Assembly (NCBI GenBank): GCA_964016885.1
Contig: OZ024742.1
Location: 238,266,001-238,330,000, forward strand
DNA length: 64,000 nt
Source: Eledone cirrhosa
Taxonomy: Eukaryota
Direction: 5' to 3'
Numbering within the stretch: position 1 is the first letter of the stretch; every line of letters begins with the position of its first letter. Below, piece after piece: positions 11,901 to 25,810 of the stretch. A program made the translations under genes and the position numbers. A model generated the notes under the pieces. That model made no database searches and was not told where the DNA came from. It saw only the letters and a list, made by a program, of their open reading frames with translations.

Positions 11901-13562
11901 TTTGAATGCCATTGGGGAATTATGGCTGATGATTTTAGGCATCATCTTCAGGTCGATGATGAAAATTTGATGAAAGCTATTGTTTTGCTCAATATTGAGC
12001 AACTGCTTGAAGTTCATTTCAAATGTTTAACAGATTTCAATTTGTCAATTCCTTATGAAGAAATCCGGCAACGTGTCTTAGCATTGAACATGAGATTGCA
12101 GCTTAGACGGTTGCCACTCGATCGGAGGGAACTATTCCAGTTTGATCCACTGGAACAGCAACGTATTGTGGATGAACGTATGCCAAAGTTGACCCAATCT
12201 CAGAGAGAATTGGGCGATGGCGTTCTCCACTCGATTTCCACTAATGAGCAACTTTGTGCTTTCATAGATGCTCCAGGAGGCACCGGAAAGACATTCTGTT
12301 TCAACACTATGTTATCGGCAGTCAGAGCTCAGAGAAAGATTGCTCTCCCTGTGGCCACCAGTGGGATCGCTGCAACTTTTCTGAGTGGTGGAAGGACCTT
12401 CCACTCATGCTTCAAGGCTCCATTGGCTCCGGATGAGTTGAGTGTCTGTAACATTACAGGACAAAGTGAACTCGAGGGCCTTATACGCAATACGTCTCTG
12501 ATTATTTGGGACGAGGCTCAAATGGCACACAGATATTTGCTGGCGGCATTGGACAGAACTTTGAGAGATATCTGCGGTAGTGACCTGCCATTCGGTGGTA
12601 AGACTATCGTTCTTGGTGGCGATTTCAGACAGGTGCTACCAATTGTTAGGAAGGCTCAAAGAGCGCAAATTGTTGATGCATGTCTGAAAAAGTCCCCGTT
12701 GTGGCGCCATTTCAGAGTTTTGCGATTACACGATAATATGCGACTTCGTATGTTCGGGCAAAACTAAGAGGCTGAGACATACGGCCGATGGTTGATGAAA
12801 TTGGGAAACGATGAATTGTCACACGTTGGTGATAATCAGACTAAGAATCCCAGACCATTTGGTCATGCCACTGGACCACCAAGCATTGATTGACTGGGTG
12901 TTCTAATTTGAATGCTTTTTGGCAGAATATCTCCTGGATATCGGAACGCGTTATTCTAACTCATACGAATGCAACGGTCGATGAAATAAATTCACAAGTA
13001 GCCGGAATGTTTCCTGGAGAGGAATGGTTGACCGTCAGTGCGGATGCAATGGAGCCTAATCAGCAGACCAATATGGATGTTCCGACTGAGTAACTAAATT
13101 CACTTCAAATACCCATATTTCCCCCCACATATTTTGAGGTTGAAAAGGGGTATGCCGATTAAATTGCTTAGAAATATCAATCATAAAATGGGTCTTTGCA
13201 ATGGTACCAGATTGATTGTTGAGAGATTCATTAACGGAAGAGTTTTAGAAGCTAAACTCCCAGGCAGAGAGGAATCGGTTCTCATTCCAAGGATCATGCT
13301 GAGACCAAGTGAAGATCTGCTGCCATTCATTTGGCAAAGGAGACAGTTTCCCGTCAATTTGGTCTTCTCCGTGACTGTCAACAGGGCATAGGGACAGACT
13401 TTCAAGCGAGTCGGTGTCTACTTGAATGATCCAGCATTCAGCCATGGGCAACTGTATGTTGCTGCATCTCGAGTGTGCGATCCTGATGGTATAAAATTTG
13501 CGATTGATACCACTAACAGAGGAACAACCCTGAATATTGTCTATAATGAAGTTTTGAGCTGA
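8967..13562 (+). pseudogene. Helitron RepHel (23-aa repeats, Zn finger, HUH Rep, Pif1 helicase), disrupted by stops and frameshifts
   Basis: CPHCG Zn finger; ILPSSFIGGPRYM; Rep motifs FITVTCNPEW, YVIEFQKRGLPHAHLLI and YLFKYVYKG; Pif1 motifs DAPGGTGKT, IIWDEA, GGDFRQVLP, RRQFPV and FSHGQLYVAASRV. Split over many ORFs. Confidence 0.95.
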
Positions 13563-13579
13563 TGTATGCATATCTTTAA

Positions 13580-13875
13580 TGCTATCAATAAGCGACGTAA
13601 ATGATTCGGACATTGGTGTCCTTTGATCAGTATTGTGAGCTTTGACAGTTATCATTTATGTTGAATGTCATTTAATGTCGTTATGAGCAATAAAAACAAA
13701 CAAGTATTGGTAGAAAATGCCTTCACTGCTATGAATATTCGACGTAAATGATTCAGACATTGGTGTCCTTTGATCAGTATTGTGAGCTTTGACAGAGTTA
13801 TCATTTCTGTTCAATGTCATTTATTGTCGATAATGAGCAATAAAAACCAACAAGTATTGGTAGAAATTGCCTTCA
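13580..13875. repeat. Two-copy ~148 bp tandem duplication in the RepHel 3' region
   Basis: cgacgtaaatgattc.gacattggtgtcctttgatcagtattgtgagctttgaca...caagtattggtagaaa.tgccttca occurs twice. Confidence 0.9.
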
Positions 13876-14205
13876 AATTTATCGCTTCTGATTGCGGTGG
13901 TAATAAAACCTCATCATATGCTGAGTCTGGCAAAAGGTTTGGTGCCTATGGCCGGCCAGGGCTAGAGTAATATTGAAAAACGATTCTATTTTCGAAGTAG
14001 AAGGATCCGCTATTTGGAGTTCAAACCAGGCCACCTCCCCGAGTCTGGGCAATATTGACTGTCTATTACTCAGTGGCTAAGAGCCTGGAAATTACTGAAT
14101 AAATTTTTGTCATATAATTTGTTGGTTTATTATTATAGCTGACCACTTATAGATAAGCATGTTATCCATATCCATATTAATTTGGCATTTGTATAAACCA
14201 TTTCA

Positions 14206-14502
14206 AGTAAATAGGGACCTTTTTTACATTGACAGACATCTTTTATATTAATTATCTATATCTATATCTACATATAATATAAAAGATTGGAACTTCCATC
14301 ATCCTTTTGAGAAACGTGGAACAACCACGTCTATGCAATGATAGACGTTTTACAGTCAGGCAGAAGATGAACCATCTCCTAGAGGTCACTATTCTAGGTG
14401 GGAGCACCTACAATTGTTCATATCCTATGCACAAACGGTACAACGAAGAATCTGGTATATCTGGAAGATTTATTTTACTGTTTTTTGTATCACACAGACA
14501 CC
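14206..14502 (+). repeat. Right ~300 bp inverted repeat of the Helitron
   Basis: Reverse complement of 7895-8193. Confidence 0.95.
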
Positions 14503-14527
14503 TGACGTTCTTCCAATTATAAAATAA

Positions 14528-14591
<64 letters not shown>

Positions 14592-14595
<4 letters not shown>

Positions 14596-14828
14596 ATACT
14601 TGGGGAGGGTCATATTTGCGTAATATTGCCAGAATTAATAACAGAACACACTCACTGTTTGGTTGGTTTTCGCTTCTCGCTGTCTTTTATATCTGCGATC
14701 TAACTTACTCGGTCCTCAATGTTACATTGACTGACCGACGGTCAAAAATAATACAGATACAATATAGACACAAACACATATATATAGTTTACATAATTAC
14801 ATAAATCTTTCGTTGCACATCTGCAACA
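14592..14828. repeat. Dispersed repeat with TG...CA ends, possibly a solo LTR; related copy at 24143-24270
   Basis: Starts tgttatacttggggagggt, compared with tgttaaactttgggagggt at 24143. Shared cacac.cac.tgtt.g.ttttc.cttc. Ends gcaaca. Confidence 0.35.
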
Positions 14829-15112
14829 TCGTCAGTGGTGTTATATTCTTTGTCCCTCCTGTTGTGTTGTATGTCTACGCCATTTTTTATTCTTTATTCA
14901 GTCTGTCTATATATTTATTTATTTATTTGCTTGTTTGTTTATCTTATTTTATTTTGTCTTCTTTGCGCATGCGTTATAGTGTTATGTGTGCTGTGTGACT
15001 AGTGTGTATAGTGTTGTGTCTGCTGGGTGACTAGTGTGTGTTTATGTGCTTGTTGTTATTGTGCTTGTGTATGTATTTATTTATCTTATTTTATTTTATT
15101 TTATTTACTTAT

Positions 15113-16120
<1,008 letters not shown>

Positions 16121-17217
16121 TATAAATATATATATATATATATATATAAACGAGAGTAGGCTGAAATGTCCATTGGATGCATGTAACATTGGAAGTGTAG
16201 AGGTGTAGAGAAAAGAAATAGATCCCTAATGCCGCGAGTTGACATTATTTGACAGCATCAATCCCTTGTCATTTTCCTGGCATGTCCAAACTATTGTACT
16301 CTATGTTATGTATAAGGATGGTTTAATCTTGTCTCCGCTATTTTCCTTATCTCATCGTTCTTGATCCTATCTCATCTTGCCTTGACAGCTTTTCTCAGGC
16401 AACTTCTAATGAAAGACACTGCCTATGATTTTCAACTAATTTTGAAAATCTTGAAGAATTTGAAGACATTGAATAATATAATTTTCTCATTTGTAAGATG
16501 GTTCTGATTAACAAATGTTCTTACATAAAATCGTAAGGAAAGTTTTAAATTTAAACATAAACACTTTAAAACACAGCTTTTTATCATAGAACCAGAGTCT
16601 GTTTCGGGCAGTTTAGTATCAAAAGGATTAAAATAGCATAGTGTCCACACTACTGATTTATCTAAAGAATGAATTCTAATGAATGCCATATGAGATGTTT
16701 TGCATAATCACAGGCACATGGGACAATACCATCAATGTAATGTTCATAGTGAAACAGTGAACTCTAAACTGAATAATATAAGTGATAAAAATAATCTTGA
16801 AAGAAAATTGCTAATATAATTATATTTTTATATCTTATTTGAATAGGCTTTTTTCTATGTTCTATAAGCCGGTTTTTATAATGAGATAAAATAAAAGAGA
16901 AATTATATCTAGAATGATAAAATTATTAATGAGATAATATCTTCATTATTTACTTTTATAACCTTTTTCATAATTCGTTCACAACTTTTTGATAAATTAT
17001 AATTTCGCCTTGTAGAAAATTTATACTTTTTTTTTAATGTTTTCTTCGTGTTACTATAAAACAGTATTTCTCTCCAATTCCGATATATGCTAATATATAT
17101 AGGAATTTTAAATTGTCCGTTGTGTATTTATTTTTTTCATCAAGTTCTACGAAAATATGACGAAGTAAATTTTCAATTCTGTTGATCCCATCAATTATCT
17201 TAATGATTTCTGAATTC

Positions 17218-17560
17218 ACGTAGCTTAGTGGCTAGGGTGCTGCGTTACCAATCGTCAAATTGTGAGTTCGATTCTCGTACTTGGCAGCGCATTGAGTAAG
17301 ACACTTTATTTCACTTTGCTCCACTCCACTCAGCTAGAAATATGAGTTTCAACGACTCTAGGGTCAAACTGTATCGGCCTTTGTCTTTCCCTTGGACAAA
17401 ATCGGTGCAGTTCGGAGGAAAGCTTGATATGAATAGAACACCCTACTCGTGCTTCCAAAACACCCTACTCATGCTTCTGGTCTCGGATAGGTAAATAAAT
17501 GGATAGTCAGTCAAGGATCGATAACCCACGACCAGTAGTGACTGAAGGGTTCCCTTTCCG
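17218..17560 (+). mobile_element. tRNA-derived SINE, family B
   Basis: TAGCTTAGTGG / GAGTTCGATTC boxes and the same core as 15862. Confidence 0.7.
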
Positions 17561-17669
17561 ATTTTAATACTTTCTATGAACAATTTTAGAAATGTGATTT
17601 ATGATATTACCATAGAAAACTAAGTAAACAAACACTAGGTAAATGTGTCTCTTTATATACATTCTTTAT

Positions 17670-17856
17670 ATATTATTATGGAGTCCATCTCATGGAGCAA
17701 GAAACGCTGGTCGTCCCAAGAAGACATACGTCAAGCAACTTGAGGACGATACTGGATGCACTGCGGAAGAACTGGCAAACGTTATGAGAGACAGAGATGG
17801 ATGGAGGAAACGTGTCGTAGAAGGCCGAGCAAGCTCGACCTGATGATGATGATGGT
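17670..17856 (+). mobile_element. RTE-type LINE 3' fragment with (GAT)n tail
   Basis: ILLWSPSHGARNAGRPKKTYVKQL...RDGWRKRV, then a stop and tgatgatgat. Confidence 0.75.
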
Positions 17857-18234
17857 GGTATACCTTCACCTCCACTCTCTGTTGACAACCGCTATGTTGT
17901 CGTTTATACTTATACTTCAGTGATATATATATATATAAGCACTTCTCCGAAATGGCTGACTACACACACTTGTGCTTTTCCACTATAAAACCATTTTTCC
18001 CCGTTTCTTCCTCTTCTTACTCATGACTACCTTTCTATTTCTTCAACTCTTATTTTATCTTCTGGTGATCGACTTACGTCAGAAACATTAAGACTCTTCT
18101 CCTACTATGCCAAGCGTTAATCTAATATATATTTTCATTGCATTGTATTGGTCTCCTGTGTTGTTTTTCGTTTACTTTTGCATATATATATAGATATAGA
18201 TATAGATATACATGTAGGTGTGTGAGAGAAAGAG

Positions 18235-18361
<127 letters not shown>

Positions 18362-18589
18362 ATATAGTTAAAAATGACACAACAGGACAAGGTGAAATAT
18401 TAAAACAAAGAAAACAAAAAATGAAAAAGAAGACAAGTGGCTAACACAAAAAATGTGCACAAAAATATGACTAATGTGTGTACAATGAAAATATTTATGC
18501 CGAAGAGAAAAAGAGTAAAGGACCTAGCGTTGTGGGTTACATATGTTGTCAGTAAGAGGGGTATGACCAAAAAATAAATTTGCACTTTT

Positions 18590-20790
18590 TTGGTGACTTT
18601 TTTATTGATGATCATGGCAAAACTGAGTCTGATAGGAAATTGAAGCCTTTGAAATTGAAATGGCAAATCAGTTAGCTTCAATTGTATTCTGAGAATAAAG
18701 CAGTAGTCACCAGCAAATTTTCCCACCATGATTGCGACTTCTAGGACATAGGTTTTATTATGATGCTCTAAGCTCAGGGTGAGTGGAAGAATTCCTGCTA
18801 GTTCAAGACTGTTCAAAAATTCAGTTGAATAGTTTACAACCTGGTCTTGGGAAGTGATTGTGACAACTGATTTGTAGCAGCCTTTCTCTCCTGATAACAT
18901 GCCCAGTAGTTTTCTGTTGATTTTTTTCACATCAACATTTTTCGGTGCTAAGATTGCTCGTTCATTTGGGATCACATTGTCTGATCTGAATGTTTGAAAA
19001 CGCTAACAATCAGTTCTTGTTCTGTTTCAATGATATGGTCAATTGAGAATTTAATCTGGTCGCTGGAGTCCTTTGCAAGAAGCTCATTTCCTAATTTAAT
19101 TAGCTGGATGGCAAACTCATTGACACCTTCGCCATCAGTCAAGTGCACTCGCATATTGGTTGTAAGGCTCAGTCGCTGAAAGCGGGACCAGATATAGAAT
19201 GTTTTCAGACTGCCATTGATCTGATCAGCTCGGGTCCCTCGGGGAATTATAGATAGTGTTTGTCTATAATCATCAGCAAGAACCATTGTCACTCCTACCA
19301 TTATGCAAGTATTTTCTCTCAGCTCCCTTATTGCCCGGTCCAAATATTCAATTGTTCATTTATGGCTCATGGTGGCTTCATCCCAAATTATCATCTTGCT
19401 TGTTTGCAGGAGCTTGCCCTTGGGTGAGTTCTTCTTGCTGTTGCAAAAAATATGTTCATATCGTGTAAATAAAAACACTCTTTGTTGTTGGAATGATACT
19501 AGAATCACTTGCCTTGACTTCATGACCTTCCACTAAATAACCCTGCTTCCTTCGATTCGAGTTCTTGCAATTTGTCTAGGTGTAGTATGTTACGATGTCA
19601 GCATAAAAGAGGGATCAAACAAATTCATCATTCTGGCACAGTTTTAAAAAAGCAGTTAGAGTACTTTCAGATGGTGCTTGTGCTAGCTGATGAGCAATTG
19701 TCTCAGTGAAGTATACTTTCTGTCCATTTTCCAGATGGATTGCTAGGTTGAACCACTGTTGTGGATATCAAATCCAAAGATATGCCAGATAACTTCATTG
19801 CTGGAGATGTATCGACCTGCCTGATACCATTTGACCTCATCCAGCCCACCATCATTGAGTTCCTTGTCAGTAATAACGCTAGCCATGTCACTGCTCCTGT
19901 TGATATATTTTGTGACATATAACATTGCTTTGACAGAGTTGCAATACTCAACATTGATATGAGCTTTTAGAAGTTTACACAATTTGTTGTGTGGGACTAC
20001 TCATCGATTGTCTATGGTCAGTTCTTCTCCTCCAACAGGTTTGCAGTATTGCCTCTATGTTCTGGACTATGCCTACGATAAAGGAGGTATCCATCATTGT
20101 CAGTCCTGAATAAAAGCTCTAGAATAATGTTTACTCATTTTCTATCGTTCGTACTGGGAGTGGCTGGATTTATGACTCCACATAGACCATGTATGAGTTT
20201 GATCTTGATGGTTTCAAAGAGCTCTGAATCACCATATTTATCAGGCAACTCCACTAAAACGATCTTATCAACATCATTTGGTCTTATCTTCTCCCTGCAT
20301 CAGATTAGTGTGTGAGAGTTAGGAAGTCCTCTCTTCTGCCATTCGGGCACTTAGCTCTCCAAAGATTCTCCCTCTTTTTAGGACCCACAGGATTTTTTCT
20401 TTTTTCTTCATGGAACACCCGAGCAATAAGGTCATGCCAATCCTTCAATTTTTTTAATATTGAAATAATTTGTTTAATATTTCTGTCTCGTTTGAGTTGC
20501 ATGTAAATGTAATGAAGAGACCAAAGTTTCTGACATAGGCCTTTGCATCTTGCGAACGTTCATGAATGTAACGTGGTCCTCCGGTGAAGCTTGACGACAG
20601 AATGACTGGCTGGTCAATATTTCTTGGGTCACCATCAGAAGTGAATGCATCCCTAAGGTGGATGTAGTTCTCTGCTCTCAACTTGATTTGATTAATTCGC
20701 AAGAAACCCAATCTTTCTGTTTCAATGTTGACCTACATGTCTACCATGAACTGGCTGGTTACTTCTGTGAATCGCAGAACTTGGTTGAAG
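18590..20790 (-). pseudogene. Decayed, internally deleted Helitron RepHel relic
   Basis: ILSSSFTGGPRYIHERSQDA, LFITFTCN, HINVEYCNSVKA..YVTKY, LADDYRQTL, FQRLQFPIRLSFAMIINK. Confidence 0.9.
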
Positions 20791-23478
20791 TGATCCCGTA
20801 CGCGCGCACACACACACGCGCGCGCGCGCTTTCGCACACTTCCCAATACCACTTTTGTGAGAGAAGGAAGAGAGAGAAAAAGAGAAAGAGAAGTAACGCA
20901 AAAGGGGAGAGTTAAAATGTGAGTAAAGAATAGTTTGTTTACGTTCTCATTCCCAAATGAACGCTGCTATCACTCACGGCTTGTTTTCTCCCCCCACCCC
21001 CGACCCCCTCACGTTTTCTTCATGTTTCTCTTCTCTCTTTCTCTCTCCTATTCTTTCTCTATCTTCTTTCTCTCTCTCATCCTTTCTCTCATTCCCCAGA
21101 GTGGAGGAACATAAAACAAAATGAATGACTTCTTTCGATATGCATAAGAAAATATTTACAATTGAATTGAAATGGATTCCTTGCTTCGTAAAGCAAAAAT
21201 ATTGTAGCGACATTTATTCACTCAGAATTGAAAGAAGAATAAGTTATAGCTTGTATACTTTCTTCGTATAAAACATATGCCAAAGAAGTTTATTTGCATA
21301 TAGTGCGTGCCTAACTTAGCTGTAGCAAGTGTAAGTCATTATAGGAGGGTGTATGAAGTGCAAGTAATTATAGGAAGGTGTATGAAGGTATATACAATAT
21401 GTTTATTATAATAAGCAAATATAAGTCTCACTATAACAATTTAATCGGTTCTCGTGTCACATTTCTCTCAGTGACCGTCTACATAGGCCAAAGCAAATAT
21501 TACGTAGATGAAAGAAATGAAGTTTACACCTCACACACCTGTTTAGGTTTAGCTGACCTCCTACGACGATGCATCTCATAGATTTTTTCGGGTGTTATAA
21601 TCAGTTCTATCATGTTGTTGTTACAGCTCACAGATATGGTTCAGCTGACCTCATAGGAGGATGTATCTCATAGGAGGTTTCTCGGGTGTTTTAGCGATAA
21701 AAAATCCAAGTCTTATCATGAAAAGTAACATGAAAAGAAGCACCCTTCTCAAGAACGCAACATGCTGCCTGGTCCAGGAATCGAACTGACGACTTTATGA
21801 TCATGAGTACAACACCTTATCCACTAGGTCATGCAACTCACGAAACACCCCTAATTATTACCCCTTTTTTAGAATTCTTCCATAAAGAAAGATAAGGTAC
21901 TCAACTATTCAGATTTGTCAACAATGAAACACGTGTTTCCGGCTGGCAGTGTATGTTAATGTAATAAATAACTGTATACCACAACTAATCCCTCGGATTG
22001 AGTGCTCTACCAGCGTTGGATGTTTATTACAGAATTAAGACACACTGTATATAGACTATGACCGTTAATCTGTACATTAGAATATATGAAACGAGATAGA
22101 TAGTACCTGTAATTGAAGGAATCATTCTCGTCACACTCTCTATCATACTGAATTCCCTCCGTGTCTGTAAAATTCTCAACCACTTGCACATTAATTTTAC
22201 GAGTAGGCTTATTGATCCGTTGATCGAACAAATGAAACACTCACCTGCATAACCGACGGAGTTCCAATAACAACAACACCATCTGTCGAATGTCTAAACT
22301 GGCTGTTCTGCTGATCGAAACTCATTCCTTTCTAATTATTAAGAGCTGGTAAGTTAATAGATATAGATTCAGTAAATCCTTTGTTCTTTTAGGTTTTACA
22401 AACCAATTGACAGTAATTCCCCTGACTTTGAATTACGATGTTTAATCGGGGAGGTGCGTTGCTTAATGGCTAGGGTGATTGACTCACAGCTGGTAGTTCG
22501 ATTCGCTGCGGACTGTTTTGTCCGTGTAGACAATACTTTATTTCCTGTTGGTCAATTGCACTCTAAGTTGTACCTATTATTAAAAGGATCGGCCTTCTCA
22601 CATACTTCTCACGCTGAATCTTCCTGAGAATTCTGCTAAGGCGTGATTGAGGAATACTCTGCTCTAAGCAATTAGTTTCCCTCCGCTGATTGTTCCATTG
22701 ATCGAAAAACTGTAACACTCATCGTCGGGACCTACATAGATTCAACAACAACACGTGTCTGCGGACTTCTGGCCACTTACTTAATTTCACAAGAGGCCGG
22801 GCTCTTCTGTTGTTCGATCAACTGAAACACCCATCCTCAAAACCGTCGGTTGTTCATTTCATTGCTATTTTACCTGTCAAGAACAGGTGAGTTAATGCAT
22901 ATGTAGTTTTGTTTTTGCTCAATTTGCTTTTCTTTTTACTTGAGAAGTAGCATAAATGAGATGGCCAATTACTACATTTAATTATTTTCAACCAGAGACA
23001 CGATTCGTTTTCACTGTACAACTTAACTTGTCTAAGAAAGTATCTACACGCAAAGAGATTCGTAAACAAAGCTAATATCCTTTGGCTTCCCTTTTTTCCC
23101 AATAATAATAAATCGAATTATCTCCACAAGCAGTGCTTTTAATTAAAGAGTATAGCTAGGTTAAAATAAAAATCGATGTGTACCTCGGCTTTTTCATCAG
23201 CTAATCGATTATGTTATCGTTTTCTGTTTTTTCGTGTAATGTATTGACTTCATCGGTATTGGTATTTCTTCTATCCATCTTGCTCGTGTGACACACTATA
23301 TTGTAATGTATTTTAAGGAAGCCAATTATTCAGGTGCTGTCTATATATGTATGATGACGTTATTTCTTTCTATTCTCAAATCAAAGAAGTGAACTGAAAA
23401 TGCTAACACACTTTAAAGAGCTTTATAAGATTTGAACGGAATACGAATTTACATCTGTGAGTGTAAGGGATATATATA

Positions 23479-24076
23479 CTAGCTAAAGTACCCGTCTTTG
23501 GACGGTTCAAATAGCTTTCGATGTAGCTCATTAAACTAAACAAAGTAAATTTGAATACATAGAAGAAAAACGTACTTTATGTAAACATGAAAACCTTAGG
23601 TACTATTCCAGCGATATAATTAATATGTGAGCTCAGTGTCATCCGTTATCCCATGTAACAACAGAAATCCAGTCTAGGTATAACGTTTTTTGACAACAGT
23701 AAAACCTTTTGTTTCAAGTACAAAGAGTAAAGTAAAATCCGAGTGAGCCGAATTGTAATAATCAAAATCCACAAACAAAATTTTTGACAACATCAAAAAT
23801 GAGTTCCTATTGTATTGACGAAAGATAACTCTTGTCTTATTTAATCACGAAAATTGACACAAATAACCGAAACTTTTTTAATGTCTCCAAAGGCCCCAAT
23901 ATCGATTTTTGAAAGCCTTTGTAGATCATGTACAGGTTTTGTGCAATTTGTGCAAGGAGAAGCTCCTCTGTAAAGAATTTCAAAGAAATCGCATGAATGG
24001 TTTAGAATATATGAGCCCTCATTAAAAATTGTCCACACATACACACACATACAGAAAACTAGATTTTTATATATAT

Positions 24077-24078
<2 letters not shown>
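23479..24078 (-). mobile_element. Non-autonomous Helitron
   Basis: Minus-strand 3' hairpin CCGTCCAAAGACGG followed by CTAG|T at 23479. The 5' end is of the TATATATAAAAATCTAG..CTGTATGTGTG type. TA-rich flanks. Confidence 0.65.
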
Positions 24079-24146
<68 letters not shown>

Positions 24147-24721
24147 AAACTTTGGGAGGGTTATGCTGCCAATAAAAACACACGCACCTGTTGGTTTTCA
24201 CTTCAATTTATTATAAATTTCCGGTTGGCTGGTTGGTTGGTTGGTTCGATAACCGGATGGTTGTTTATATATTGCCAAAGCTCTTTCGTCACACATTCTG
24301 TGACCTCCTCATCTGCATTCCCCATTCATCAGCCTCTTCTGGTTTTCATTGCCTTCTCCATCATCTTTTAGCCATGTCTTTCTTGGTCATCCCTTCCGTC
24401 TACTTCCTTCCACATTCATTTGCACCACACTACTCACCCAGTCACTTACATCCTTCCACTATACATTGAAATGAGGGAACCGAAAATGGAAAGGGTGCTC
24501 AGGTGGATCCTGTGAATAGTGATAATATTGAAGGTGTGAAAAAGTTTTGATACCTAAGAGACATGCTGATTATAGAAGGTTGATCGGACACGGTGACAGT
24601 AGTTAGTTCTCGAAACTAAATGGAGTGCTAATGAAGAAAGAGGTCTCGCTGAAACTGAGGAGAAAGATGTATGTGCGATGTGCCCTGGTTTCTTGGAGCA
24701 GCAGAGAAGGCTGGAAATAAA

Positions 24722-24910
24722 TGTTTCTACTTTTTTGCACAAGGCCAGCAATTACTCCAGTGCATTACTGGTACTTTATTTTATCGACCCCGTAAGGATG
24801 AAAGGCAAAGTTAACCTCTGTGGGATTTGAACTCAGACCGTAAAGGGCCGTAACTCCATGCTGCAAAGCATAGCGTCCGACCCTCTACCGATACTGCCAA
24901 TCCACCGCCC
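24722..24910 (-). mobile_element. tRNA-derived SINE, family A
   Basis: Reverse complement of the full consensus. Confidence 0.88.
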
Positions 24911-25485
24911 ATTGCCAAATGGAAATGGAAATGGTACAGTGAATGAGTGGAGTGTAGCGGAGAGAGAGAGAGAGACAAACAATAAATTGCAGACGATGAT
25001 GAGAATAGAAACAACTATGAATGTTATGAAGAGAAATAAAATTGATATGGTGGGGTCATGTGTTGAAAAAGAATGAAAGGGACTGGGTGAGAGGATGAAG
25101 TGAATAGAACCAATGTTGTGAAAGGAAATCGAATGAAATGATTGGGCCATGTGTTGAGGAAGGGTGAAAGTGACTGGACGAAAGGAATATTGTGAAGAGA
25201 AATAGTTTAATGTGGATTAGTCATGTTCAGAAAGGACTAAAGTAATTGGGTGAGAGAAATAAAGCCAGTGATGAATGTTGTGAAGATAAATGGAATGAGA
25301 TAGAAGAGTCATTTGTTGAGTAAGGATGAAAGGGAGGGACTAGGTGAGAGGATGGTAAGAATAGAGCCAGTTACTAATGAGATATCCTGAATGTATACAG
25401 AAATATTTTCGTTTATATATTCTCTAACGTTCATAAATCTTAATGACATGGTGTGTTCACAATTTCACATATTTTCTTTTTACAG

Positions 25486-25644
25486 TTAACTGAACTGGAG
25501 GAAGAATTCATTTACGCTGCAGAATTCGGTGACATTCCTACGGTGCAAAGAATCCTTCAGGATAATACAAACTTTAATATCGACTACAATGACATTCTGG
25601 GTCGCACACCACTTCGTCTGGCCGTCGGCAATGAACATCTAGAG
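25486..25644 (+). CDS. TRPC: Internal exon of a short transient receptor potential (TRPC-like) channel, N-terminal ankyrin repeats
   Basis: Acceptor ttttctttttacag, donor gag|gtaagt, 53 codons: LTELEEEFIYAAEFGDIPTVQRILQDNTNFNIDYNDILGRTPLRLAVGNEHLE. This fits the TRPC ankyrin-1/2 pattern (E..FL.AAE.GD...V...N.N..D.LGR.AL..A..NEHLE). Symbol is family-level only. Confidence 0.85.
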
Positions 25645-25669
25645 GTAAGTAAAAGTGTTTAGGAGTCCA

Positions 25670-25810
25670 GTCCATACTTAAAATAGACGCTGAGCTGACC
25701 AGCCTCAGGTGTGAGCCTCGCGAGATGGAATGGCTCTTCCAGCGCATCTCCCTTACCATCCTCCGGGGAAACGCCTTCTCCACATTCTGTCCGCCGGGGC
25801 TGTGGGGAGG
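25670..25810 (+). mobile_element. 3' fragment of a CRE-like (RLE) non-LTR retrotransposon
   Basis: EPREMEWLFQRISLTILRGNAFS resembles the RLE C-terminal QR(L/I)S.AI.RGNA motif. Confidence 0.55.

Larger units (their letters stand above)
7787..14530. mobile_element. Composite Helitron with long subterminal inverted repeats, carrying a RepHel pseudogene
   Basis: Minus-strand 3' end: hairpin ACCCGGGCGAAGCTGGGT then GTCAGCTAG|T at 7787. Inverted repeats at 7895-8193 and 14206-14502. RepHel at 8967-13562. (TA)n on both flanks. The right boundary is approximate. Confidence 0.75.

Noticed and set aside
11730-13391. Host PIF1 helicase gene
   Set aside because: It is continuous with a HUH Rep domain, intronless and disrupted, so it is Helitron-derived.
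22230-22355. Possible extra exon ending at ctg|gtaagt
   Set aside because: The upstream sequence resembles the dispersed SINE 3' module and gives no TRPC-like reading frame.
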